Of a stretch of DNA of 64,000 nt, positions 11,258-21,845 are shown in pieces (within the stretch, counting starts at the first letter, position 1; every line of letters starts with the position of its first letter). The notes under the pieces are model-generated. The model was given only the letters and a program-made list of their open reading frames with translations, ran no database searches and was not told where the DNA came from. The position numbers and the translations under genes were made by a program. The stretch comes from Bugula neritina. Lineage: Eukaryota; Animalia; Bryozoa. The stretch is from NCBI GenBank assembly GCA_964035545.1, contig OZ037772.1, forward strand, positions 3,997,538 to 4,061,537, read 5' to 3'.

Positions 11258-13999
11258 ATGAATGATGACACATCCACATGTAGTAATAGCATTAGGATTA
11301 GCAGCCGAGTCAAAACCCTATCTACAAAGGGAAAACAATTAGAGGTAGAAAAAAGGTTTAAATCTGTCACAAGTGCAATTAAAAGGTTTAGAAGTAGGCA
11401 TGCAGCAACAGACAATCATGATAATGAATTTTGGGATGACATACAACGAATTATGTTAGATGCAGATGCTGACTTAGCAATTCTAAAGTCATTAGCTCCA
11501 AGTCATCCTCACCTTGAGGACTTAACACAGCAAATTAACAGTATACATGAACAATGTAAGGGCGAAAGCCATTCAGTACATGCTAGCAGTAAACACACAT
11601 CAAAAGCAAGCTCATTCATCTCAGCCAAGACAAAATTGCAAGTTGCACAATTAGAAATTGAAATGGAAGCCATGCAAAGACAGGCTGAGCTAGAAAGGCA
11701 GTTAGCCAATGTCCAGTTGGAATTAAGTAAAAGTAAGCTGTTAGAAAAACAGAAACAACTGAGAATAAGGCAGGAAATAATAGAGGAACATGATGTAGAT
11801 GTTAGAGATGAGCTAGCAGAGTATTTAGATAATTGCCAACCAATAGTGAATCAGGAAAGCAATAGTGAAGTTATTTTTAGTAGGCCAGTAGAAGTTTTGC
11901 AAAGCAACCAACCACAGCAAATAGGCAGCATGCAAAACAATGAATCACAGCATTCTACATGCAGTAATGAATACCTGGCCACATGCTTAACAAAAGCAAT
12001 ACAAGCCAACAATGTGCCGAAGCCACCAATATTTAGGGGAAATCCCTTAGACTTTATAGATTGGGAATATGCCATAGAGAGTTACATCAAGGATAAAATG
12101 ATAGGTGATGATGGTAAAATGTATGTCTTGAAACAGCATGTTGATGGACCTGCTAGAGAAGCAATTAGTGGCCTATGCAGTTTACATACACTAGCAGCAT
12201 ACCAAAAGGCCAGAATAATTTTGAAAGAAAGATTTGGGTCAGAATTCACAGTTGCTAATGAATTTCGAAAGAAAATTAATGCTTGGCCCAAAATGAAACC
12301 ACATGAACATAAGCAGATACAATCATTTTCTGACTTCCTCACACATTGTGAAATAGCAGCAAAAGATATTAAAGAGTTGGAAATTTTAAATGATTGCGAA
12401 AAGAATCTTGAGCTCATGTCCAAGCTGCCAGATAACATGATAAATAGATGGAAGCGTGAGGTAACCACGCATAGGAAAAATCACAGGAGTTACCCCAGTT
12501 TTAGTCAGTTTGTAAAGTTTGTACAAACAGAAGCAGAAATCCTAAATGATCCAATCACTTCATCTTTGCTAGGTTCAAGGGTCATAGACTCAAATAAGCC
12601 TCAAAAGCACAACAATAAGGGCATTAGCTTTGCTACTAGCATAGAAAAGCATTCTCCTGATGTTGAAAGTACAGAAAACCACAAAGCTAAACTATGCCTC
12701 TACTGCATAAGTAATCATAGCACACATGAGTGTAGAAAACTGGCTAGCATACCAGTTGATCAAAAACAAAAGTTCATTACTGGTAAAAGATTATGCTTTG
12801 GTTGCTTGAGAATAGGTCACATGACAAAAGAATGCAGAAATAGAGCTACTTGTAAAATATGCCAAAAAAGGCATCCTACTGTAACACATAGAAGCAATCA
12901 GCCAGCTACACAAGCTAACAACAGCAATACCAAAGTAGAAACAGTGCAGGTAAATGGAGTAGCAAGTAGCAACAACCCAGAGCAAGTAACAGCTAACAGC
13001 AACAATACAGTGACTAAAACAAATGGCTTGTGCTCAATGGTTGTGCCTATATACCTAGCAACTGTAGATAACCCTAATGAGGAAGTGCTAACTTATGCAC
13101 TTTTAGATAGCATGTCAGATACCACATTTGTAACCAACCGAGTTGTTAGTAAGCTACAAACAGCTACAAGCAAACCAGTTTCTCTTAAACTAACAACAAT
13201 GACAGCTGACAACTTGGAAATGAAGTGTAAGGTGTACAATAACTTGACCATTAGAGGACTGAACATGCATGAGCAGATACAAGTAGGAAAGACTTACAGT
13301 AGGGACAGCATTCCAATTAACAAGCAGCACATACCCACACCAGAAATTGCCACTAGATGGCCACACCTTAAATGCATTGCAGGTGAAATACCACAAGGTT
13401 TAGATATAGAGATAGGAATGCTTATAGGGTATGACAACTCCAGAGCTTTAGTGCCACTTGAAACTAGAATAGGCCCTGCAATCAAGGATCCCTTTGCTCT
13501 GAGAACACCTCTAGGATGGTGTATTGTAGGCAATAGTGGTAAGCATGAAACAAACTCATTTCCCACATGCAATAGGGCTATGGCTCATGAGCAGAATTTG
13601 AGTTCAGATATCTTGAATGTCCTACAGCAAGATTATACTGACACAAAGTACATTGGTACTCATAAAATGTCACAGGAAGATGCCAAGTTTTTAGATAACA
13701 TGCGCAACAATATTAAACAAAGAGAAGACAATTATTACAGCATGCCACTGCCGTTTAAAAATGCTAAGCCACAATTACCAGACAATAGACAATTAGCTGT
13801 GCACAGACTTGATACCCTCAAAACTAAAATGCCTAAAGACCAGAAATATGGAACAGATTACGTGGCATTCATGACAGACATAACAAACAATGGCGATGCA
13901 GAATTGGTACCTACAACTTGTGAGGCAAGCAACCATCAGTGGTACATTCCCCACTTTGGCGTGTATCACCCCAAAAAGAAAAAGATTAGTAAAGCATAA
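11258..13999 (+). CDS. BEL/Pao Gag-protease-partial RT polyprotein, truncated by internal deletion
   Basis: DUF1759-like FRGNPLDFIDW region; triple zinc knuckles (CLYCISNH..C, CFGCLRIGH..C, CKICQKRH..H); protease YALLDSMS; ends at WYIPHFGVYHPKK, the start of BEL RT. Confidence 0.9.
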   Translation: MNDDTSTCSNSIRISSRVKTLSTKGKQLEVEKRFKSVTSAIKRFRSRHAATDNHDNEFWDDIQRIMLDADADLAILKSLAPSHPHLEDLTQQINSIHEQCKGESHSVHASSKHTSKASSFISAKTKLQVAQLEIEMEAMQRQAELERQLANVQLELSKSKLLEKQKQLRIRQEIIEEHDVDVRDELAEYLDNCQPIVNQESNSEVIFSRPVEVLQSNQPQQIGSMQNNESQHSTCSNEYLATCLTKAIQANNVPKPPIFRGNPLDFIDWEYAIESYIKDKMIGDDGKMYVLKQHVDGPAREAISGLCSLHTLAAYQKARIILKERFGSEFTVANEFRKKINAWPKMKPHEHKQIQSFSDFLTHCEIAAKDIKELEILNDCEKNLELMSKLPDNMINRWKREVTTHRKNHRSYPSFSQFVKFVQTEAEILNDPITSSLLGSRVIDSNKPQKHNNKGISFATSIEKHSPDVESTENHKAKLCLYCISNHSTHECRKLASIPVDQKQKFITGKRLCFGCLRIGHMTKECRNRATCKICQKRHPTVTHRSNQPATQANNSNTKVETVQVNGVASSNNPEQVTANSNNTVTKTNGLCSMVVPIYLATVDNPNEEVLTYALLDSMSDTTFVTNRVVSKLQTATSKPVSLKLTTMTADNLEMKCKVYNNLTIRGLNMHEQIQVGKTYSRDSIPINKQHIPTPEIATRWPHLKCIAGEIPQGLDIEIGMLIGYDNSRALVPLETRIGPAIKDPFALRTPLGWCIVGNSGKHETNSFPTCNRAMAHEQNLSSDILNVLQQDYTDTKYIGTHKMSQEDAKFLDNMRNNIKQREDNYYSMPLPFKNAKPQLPDNRQLAVHRLDTLKTKMPKDQKYGTDYVAFMTDITNNGDAELVPTTCEASNHQWYIPHFGVYHPKKKKISKA

Positions 14000-14279
14000 A
14001 GGTAGCATAACTCCCAGACTCACAATTATTGACTTGACAGATGCTAAACATCTTATAATGCAGTGGGTACAAAAAGAGTCATTTTTAGATGAATATTACA
14101 GGCTAAGTAAAGACAATTGTGTAAGCAAAGATAGAAACACATAAAACTGAGATGACTTAATTCGTAAGGTAAAAGTACAACTAGCAACTACAGAGTTGAA
14201 CAGTAAAGATGTGAGACTAGCTCCACCCACATACTTAGATAGGCCTATCCACAAATTAATTTACCTATTTACCCCATAA
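13985..14279 (+). pseudogene. Residual BEL pol fragments flanking two deletions
   Basis: LTIIDLTDAKHLIMQWVQKESF (post-RNase H linker), then DDLIRKVKVQLA...YLDRPIHKLIYL (BEL integrase C-terminus). RT core, RNase H and integrase core are absent. Confidence 0.75.
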
Positions 14280-15159
14280 CCTTTGCATGCATACCTATAT
14301 TAGTATTTTAGCTTAGTATTTTAAATGCATAATAATATAATTGTTAATTCCCTCTAAGTGAATAGAGAGAAATTAAAGGGGGGAGTGTAATGTTACGAAA
14401 TAGGATGTTTACAGATATTATAACTTGTAGTACAATCACACACAATCACAATGTCATTAACCTCAAATTAGCCTAACCACTAGCTGCTAGTAGTCTACCT
14501 AATGCTTCTTTAATCACTACCCCAAAACAGTAGCTACGCATGTAGAATGATTCATAGTCAGCAGCTATGCTTGCATCAGCTGTGATGTCACACGATGCTT
14601 GTTTACTTCAGCCCACTTCTTGAAACAGTAAGATCCTACCCCAAAATAGTAAATTGTAAAATCATACCTCTTACAACACAATAATGTTTATCAAATGGAT
14701 TAGTATATAAGACAAAACCATTTTTATTAGTTGCAATATTGTTAGAGTCATGCTGTCAGTTTGGACAGCATCAAATTTATGTAAGACTACTAAAGAGTAG
14801 CATTATTTGAAAGACTGTGCAAAGCCACAGCATTAACATAACAGTAGACTAGGAGAGAGAGAAAAGAGGTAATGAACATCTATTTACAATTATATATCGT
14901 TATTACATTTTTATGTTATAAAGTTTTTAATAATATGGGCTGTAGTTGCATGTTATTGTGATAGTTTTGTGGATTGTGAATGAAACTAGTGCTGTTACAT
15001 GCTTGTATGAGAAACAAGGCGAGAAATAAGGTAGAATGTAGATAATCTTTATTGTAGTATAGTCCGAGTGAATCAATGGTCTTTATCCAGCGAGCTCCAG
15101 TAGTAGACTGAACTATACTGGAACTCGCTGGCTTTTATATACATGCAGGACAAAGACAT

Positions 15160-15320
15160 TCCTTTGTTTGCCGAGATCGGAGACCCGAAATACCGAATAT
15201 CGGCATTTCGGGGATCCGAAATGCCGAATCCGGCATTTCGGTACTTCGGTATTCCGATATGCCGAGAATCGGCATATCGGTGTTTCGGAGGACCGAAGTA
15301 CCGATCTCGGCAACAAAGGA
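15160..15320. repeat. Palindromic CCGA/TCGG array in U3 of the 3' LTR (longer version)
   Basis: About 18 CCGA/TCGG cores in 160 bp, many spaced 8 bp apart. Confidence 0.9.
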
Positions 15321-15653
15321 CACACACACACAACATAAATTTACCACACACACCCCCCATCGGAAAGCATGCTTTCCGATAAAGAGGCGTACACAACACA
15401 AACACACAACAGGGAATGACACGACAATAAAACACACAGTTGAAAGTAACACACGAAAAAAAATATGGTAAACATGCAGTGATAGTAATAATATAATGAT
15501 AACACAAAAAAAACAGGGAAGATTTGTGCACACACAGAAAAAACAGAGCATGAATAGGTACATGCATTACATGAAGAACTTACACACATATAATAAACAA
15601 ACAAAGAATAAGAGTAGAAAAGAAAAGAAGCAAAAAAAACTATACAAATAGTC

Positions 15654-17123
15654 TCAGCGGCGGTCGCCAGATCGACCCCGCTCCAGGCGGCTAACTCGTC
15701 TCCGGAGTTGCCCCAGCTCCTCTTCATATCTGCGGAGCTGCCGGCGTAACTGGTGAACCTCCTCTGCCAACTGAGCTGACGTCTGGTGCCTAGGGCGGTC
15801 GGTAGTACCACGGGCAGGACGTCGCTGGCGGTGCGTCTGCTTCTCGCCCGCCGCCGAGGGTCGGGGGCCCAGGTCCGATGAATCGGCCCTGGCACCTGGT
15901 CCGACCCGTGCCAGCATGACCCGAAGTGGCTGGGTGGCTGCCGGTTGGGGTGTCGCGGCGGGCTCCCCTTCTTCCTCCCGAACAGGCCTACACGCGGGGA
16001 ATCCCAGGGCGAGAGCAGCCCGTTTGTGGGGATCCGCCACGTGTGGCAGCACCAGGTCCCGAAATTCGGGAAAGGAGGCCTGGTCTACAGCAAACGTGTA
16101 GCCCGTGTGGCAGTGAGCTATGCGCTGATGTCTCAACACATAGTCTCTCTGGTAGGAGAACTCCCCACACGGGCAAAACACGTTGATGTAATGCTGAGGG
16201 GCGTGTACGCGCAACCGCCGTGCAGAGGAGAATTTCCTCTTACACTCATGGCAGATGCGGTTGCCCGGCTCACCGCAAGCATCACCAATTTTTAGGTTGG
16301 TGGGTCCAGTCACCCAATACTGGCGGGCGACCAGGGCCCGAGGCAGGGCCAGTATTGGGGAGGCATCTTCTTCTGCTGGCAGGTGGTCGCCGTGTAGGAT
16401 GCCCTGCTCCTCCCCGGCCGTGAGCTGAAGCTCGACCGGTTTGGGGCCAGGGCCAACCATGGCGGAACACACCTCTGTGGAGGAGGTGGCGGCCTGCTGG
16501 CTGGTAGAAGCCGAAGCAAGGCCCGGTGGGGGAGGGGAGTCGGACCGACTGGCCTCCTCAACGTCCATTCGCTCCTCTAGAATAGATAGTAGAGGCTGTG
16601 AGAAGCCGGTCTCACTATCGCCGAAATTCGGCACAGGTGTGAATGGAGATAAGTTAAAAACCGAGGGCCGAGGTGTATCGCAGAAATTGACTGAGCCTAC
16701 ATCGTGATTCAACAATGTATCAATGGCAGAGTCATCTCCGAGATCCATCTCGGCTTCCGGTCCTAAGATATCAGAACCAAGTAAATCTAGTAAAGACCAG
16801 TCTACTGTAGTTTGATTAGACTCCGCAACTGAAGGATCTAATCTAGAAGAAATACCTGATTGTGTATCTGGTAGAGTGATCCCCATAGCCGCTGATAGCG
16901 TACGGAGAATAGTGGTAAAATCAAAATGAGTATTAGAATCAGAATTTAGTTTGAGTTGCAACTGCCGTGCGAGCTGTGTGAAGTCAGAATGAGAAATGGC
17001 CGAACCTCGTGCTTCAGAAGTTTTACCTGCTGAAGCCCGAGTCGCGTGGCTCGTGGGAATTTCCCCCGGATTTCGAGGAGACAACTCGCGTGATCGAGTG
17101 TCTTCCGAAATTCGGTCGGCCAT
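15654..17123 (-). CDS. ORF3 of the Gypsy element: acidic/disordered region, two C2H2-type zinc fingers and a C-terminal coiled coil
   Basis: 489 aa from ATG 17123, frame open further upstream. Fingers CHECKRKFSSARRLRVHAPQH (C-x2-C-x12-H-x3-H) and CPCGEFSYQRDYVLRHQRIAH; heptad stretch LAEEVHQLRRQLRRYEEELGQLRRRVSRLE. No signal peptide or TM segment seen. Confidence 0.8.
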   Translation of the reverse strand: MADRISEDTRSRELSPRNPGEIPTSHATRASAGKTSEARGSAISHSDFTQLARQLQLKLNSDSNTHFDFTTILRTLSAAMGITLPDTQSGISSRLDPSVAESNQTTVDWSLLDLLGSDILGPEAEMDLGDDSAIDTLLNHDVGSVNFCDTPRPSVFNLSPFTPVPNFGDSETGFSQPLLSILEERMDVEEASRSDSPPPPGLASASTSQQAATSSTEVCSAMVGPGPKPVELQLTAGEEQGILHGDHLPAEEDASPILALPRALVARQYWVTGPTNLKIGDACGEPGNRICHECKRKFSSARRLRVHAPQHYINVFCPCGEFSYQRDYVLRHQRIAHCHTGYTFAVDQASFPEFRDLVLPHVADPHKRAALALGFPACRPVREEEGEPAATPQPAATQPLRVMLARVGPGARADSSDLGPRPSAAGEKQTHRQRRPARGTTDRPRHQTSAQLAEEVHQLRRQLRRYEEELGQLRRRVSRLERGRSGDRR

Positions 17124-17187
17124 TTCTTCTTCTTGGTGGAATTCTCCGGGGTGATGGAGGGAATTTCCAACCAAGATGGGGTGGCAG

Positions 17188-19283
17188 TCAGTGTGGGGGG
17201 GGGTCTTCCTCAGGAGGGGGCCCCTCCAGGTGTCCTACAGCATAGTCTGCCAGGTACCTGGGAGGTCTTCTTGGCCGCTGGCTCCTCTCAAGTGGAACAG
17301 ACTCTGGTGGTGTTGGTGGCTCCTGGGCTACCCTGGTAGGGGGGTCCCCGTCTTCACCCCGTACGGGGGTGGGGGTGTCCTCCCCCGGGAAGGGTTGTGA
17401 GCCAAGGGCTTGCTGCTGTTCCTGCTCCCGCTCCGCTCTCTGCTGTCGCTCCAGCTGCTCTATCAGGGCGGCTTGCTCCTGGTCTGCCTCCCTGGGGACC
17501 ATGATCTCCACCTCACGGGGCCGGGTGGCCCGTCCACGACGGTTGGGCTGACGGTGGGGCTCCAAGAGGGGTGGAGCCTGACCCACCGCGTCTGGGCTGG
17601 CATGGTAAGGTTTGAGGCGCTGCTCGCTCTGGACAGAGACCTGTCCAGAGCGCTCCACACGGTATGTGTGGTTGGGCAGCACCTCTACTACGCAGTAGGG
17701 GCCGACGAACTTGGGCTGAAGCTTAGCCGACTGTCCACGCCGCCTACGGTAACTCACCATCCAGACCCAGTCTCCCACTTGGTACAACGGGGGCTCCTCT
17801 GAGTCCTCGGTGCGGGTCTGCCACTGCTGGGTGCGCAGCGCATCATGAGCTTTGCCCATGATGTCCATCAGACCCTCCACATATTCGTGTACCGGTGACT
17901 CGGGGGCAGGAACATGGTACGTCAGGTGTTCCGGGACCCGCGTCTCCCGGCCTAACATCAGGAAGTTTGGGGTCTCCTGCGTGGCGGAGTGTGGTGTGCT
18001 GCGGTAAGCCCGCATGATCTGCGGCAGCACCACGTCCCATTCTTCCTGACCTCGACCAAGCAGCAGGCTCCGGAGCGCGTCACCCAACATCCTGTTGTTC
18101 CGCTCGACGACTCCGTTCCCTTGCGGGTGATATGGGGTGGTCCGACTCTGGTTCACCCCCCATATCCGGCAGAGGTCTCCCATGAGCTGGGACTGGAACT
18201 GGGCACCCTGGTCTGTATGTATCTGCTCGGGCAAACCGAGGTAACAGAATACATGTTGGTCCAGGGTTCGGGCCACCGTGGGGGCAGTGGCGTCTGGAAT
18301 AGCCAGAGCATCTGCCCACCGGGTAAAGTGGTCCGTGAGCACCAGTATCCAGTTGTTTCCTCTGGCGGATAACGGCATAGGCCCGACGAGGTCTACCGCC
18401 ACTACTTGCCACGGTCGACCAGCGTACAGCCGGCGTCGACCAGTGGTTTCCGTGGGGCGGCCATGCTTGCTAGCTTGGCAGACCTCGCATTGCCGTACCC
18501 GCAGTCGTACGTCCCGAGTCATTCCGGGCCAATACCAACGCAGCCGCAGACACCTGATGACCCGACTGACTCCAGCATGAGCCTGCTTATGGGTGTCCCA
18601 GATCAGTTCCCGCCGGAGGGCGCGTGGACAGACGACGCGGTCCCTCTTCTGCTGGCGGTTGTCTGCTGCTAACGTTATCATCAGGAGGCCATCAGGACTG
18701 ACCTTGAGGGCATCCCAGCGACGACAGAGGAGTTGGAACTCAACGTCTCCCTGCCGCTGCTGTTCCTCGCTAGGTCGTCGGCCCTCCTTCTTGGCCCGGA
18801 AGATGTCCGCTACCGCGCCGGGTAGTGTCTCCTGGAGTCGGCACAGCTCCTTGACGTTCTGGTGCAGAGTAGGGTTGGCGTGGAGCGCCTGGACACCGTC
18901 CTGGTGGGTTTCGGTCCGAAGATGGCCGTGCTCCCACCGGTAGGCGGTGCCCTCCACTAGCTCTGTTTCCACGTCAAGGCGAGCGGGTCCCCCGTCCCGC
19001 TGTTCGATGTGCAGGCATTGCTTACAGTCCTCTACCGGCCGGCGGCTCATGCCGTCGGCGTTCCCATGCTTCCGGCCTGCACGGTGCTCTATACGGTAAG
19101 AGAACTCGGCAAGAATCTCTAGCCAACGAGCTACCTGGCTCGAGGGCTCTGCACGTTTACACAGCCATATCAGTGATGCATGGTCTGTTCGCAAGCGGAA
19201 CGATTTCCCATACAGATATGGCCGAAAGTGCTTGACCGCCTTGACTACTGCTAGGAGTTCCTTCCTAGTGGTGCAGTAGTTCT
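17188..19283 (-). CDS. pol: Pol part 3: RNase H C-half and integrase
   Basis: NYCTTRKELLAVV...RTDH...NADGMSR; HHCC (HKQAH...CEVC); VAVDLVGP, HTDQG, GNGVVER; GPY motif; ends after RRPPRYLADY. Confidence 0.92.
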
Positions 19284-21845
19284 CACAGTTGGTTTAAGGT
19301 CATTACTTTCCAGATTCAGGCACTGCTTTATGTTATATATAAACGGTTTCCAGGAGATAGCTCGAACAGTTTTTGTCTCACATTAACAAATTTTACATGA
19401 AAAGATAGCTCTTGCATTCCTCTTTCATATACTTTTTTAATTTTTCAACAAAAAATTTTCTGAGAAAGTTGTTGCATAATAAGTAAAATTTTACACCCTC
19501 CATGTTCCACTGCTGTAGCACAGGGGATTCATTTTATAAAGTCTAAAAGTTAAACTTGACATTCCTTGATATGTTTTCTCTAATATACTTTCTTTGTTTT
19601 TTGAAATTCTGTTTATGCTCTTCACAATTTGGTAAAAACATACACCATTTTGCAAGTTTCACTGCAATTTTCTAAATTCTTCATATGGTGGTTCTAGCTA
19701 CGCTCCTGTGACTAATTATAGCATTCCTTGTACGTTTGCCGCTCTGCGAGCTATCACAATAACATATAGTACCCTCTCGCACAAATTGGCAATCTATTGG
19801 ATTTCTGCCAATATAATGTTCCCTGTTTTACATTAGCACTTAGCTGAATCATCTCACTATGTTACAATAATATATTGAAAATGCCTCAGCACAACATAAT
19901 TCTTTGTTTGTTTGGCAGAGTTAATTTCAGCTAAATCACTTCACTTTGCAGTCTTGTCAGTAAAGGTCTGTCTATAGCACAGCAGGTGTACTTTCAGTTT
20001 CTCTAATTCACATGATTATTTTAAGTACATTGTATTCTATAAGATCAATTTAAGGTTTAGTCCAGTGTTCAGTATCTAATTATTATGCATGTATGTTGTC
20101 TTACTGTTGAACAAAAGTTAAAAAAAACTTTACAATTATAGCCATATTTATTATACATGCGTAGGATTTGCATAAGTTGACAAAAAAAAATGCAACAAAA
20201 CAGGGTTGAACCATGACCAACCAACTCGTCGCTGACGCCACTAACCTCTGGACCACGCAATCATCGTTAATGAGATGCGCACTATATGAGTGACTATCAT
20301 TACATAAATATTTCGCGCGCAAATGGGTTATAATTATTAAGCTGTCAATTCATGTTGATAGCAGTCAACTGTTGCAATAGTCTCGGGTTACTAGCAAAGC
20401 TAATGGTTTTGAACAAATAACCCAAAAGTTTAAAAATAAGTAGCTTGCGTATTACTAGCTACAAAAACAGGTCTGAAATAGACTGGTAAAGCAAGCTCTT
20501 ATTGTAGAGTTTGCAGATGTGCTCTAAAATAAAACTTAAACTGTATGCTATTACATAAGTATTTGTATGCGAGAGATAAATGGACATTACTGAGTTTCTG
20601 GAAAACAACATACTTGAAGTTAACTTTGACAATGGTGTGTTATTTTCATCATAGCTAGCCTATAGCATAAATCTCTAATCATATGAATCTTTATGAAGCC
20701 CACAGCTCATGTAAGGGTGGCAATGTAATTTGAAATGAACAATTATGTTGCTGCATTGTGTCTAAGGTATATTAGAGAGCAGAATTTGGTTTTACTAGCC
20801 TACCCCAACGGCATTCTACAATGCAGCTTATATGCTGGCAGTTGTAATAAGTACTGCCAATAGCAAGGTTACTATCACTGCTAGCTCTGTGCAGTATGTA
20901 ACCTCTTGAATAATTGCGCCAATTTTAAACTCTTGGAAGTTGGCCAAGTTATCATATCGCAGCCAGCCACCGGAGACAAAGCATCAGAGCTATTCATATA
21001 ATATTATACTGATGCACTTGGTAGCAGAGTGGCTAATCTAATATAGTTCATAGTTCAACACCCTTTACTTTGGGAATACAGCCTCTTTTTTTAGGTTTAC
21101 CTTACAAAGCATGAAAATATCTAAACTGACATTCTGATAATTTAGAGGTACATTTTGAAAACTAGGTTAATTGCACTTGTTTGCACAACAACAATAATAA
21201 AATAGATATTATGCAGTATAATAAAAACACACATAATACTATATAATATATTATAATGATAATAATATAATATTATAAGTACCATTACTGCATTTTATAA
21301 ATCACATGGTTGCCAAAAAAATGTATCACAAATTTTGTAATTATACATCAAAAATAGAACTAGCTAGGCAGCAGGTTAGAATAGAGTAAATTTTTAAAAC
21401 ATGAAATCATGATTTGACTATCGTTTTGTTTAGGCCAACCAACCTAGGAATACAAGATTGGGTTTTAGCTGACAGTTTATAGCATTTAGCTTTTGAGCGA
21501 GCAGCACTGGCACTTGTGAAGTATAGGCAAAGTTAGTGAAGCGAGACTAACAAGCACTCAAATACAAGGCATATTGAGACACAATAACAAGTCAGGAGCG
21601 TATAAATTGAAAAGAATGTGGAAGGGGGACTATGTTTTTCAACAAGCTATAACTTAAACATGAATTGGCTTTTGAAAAAAATAAAAAAGTATATTGGAGA
21701 ACATAAGTTTCTTTATCTTTTCATATTTTTTTTGTTCTTGTGACATTCAACCTGTTCGAGCTATCAGTGGAACATTGTTCATATAGAACATAAAGCACCT
21801 GGCAAAGAGCCAGAAAATGAAAAGTATGACCTTAAACCAACTGTG
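19284..21845. mobile_element. Non-autonomous CACTA/EnSpm (CMC)-type DNA transposon
   Basis: TIR CACAGTTGGTTTAAGGTCAT / ATGACCTTAAACCAACTGTG with imperfect extension of ~170 bp; 2-bp TSD CT at 19282-19283 and 21846-21847; removing it restores AAAEKNYCTT in RNase H. Confidence 0.88.
20200..20262 (-). other. tRNA-like/SINE-head Pol III promoter remnant
   Basis: A-box-like TGGTCCAGAGG (20255-20245) and B-box-like GGTTCAACCC (20212-20203) at tRNA-like spacing. Confidence 0.35.

Noticed and set aside
15160-15320. CRISPR-like appearance of the palindromic array
   Set aside because: No constant repeat with unique spacers, no cas genes, and it is part of a eukaryotic LTR.
15073-15895. Several 70-184-aa ORFs across the 3' LTR and 3' UTR
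   Set aside because: They arise from the palindromic array and low-complexity GT-rich UTR; no protein features.
15654-17174. ORF3 as an env gene
   Set aside because: No signal peptide, fusion peptide or transmembrane anchor is visible.
20690-21110. Exon-like pieces inside the CACTA element
   Set aside because: Multiple stops and no recognisable transposase or host motif by eye.
21747-21845. Hydrophobic TM-like tail (HSWFKVILFIFWLFARCF...) on the RT ORF
   Set aside because: It is read-through into the CACTA TIR, not part of Pol.
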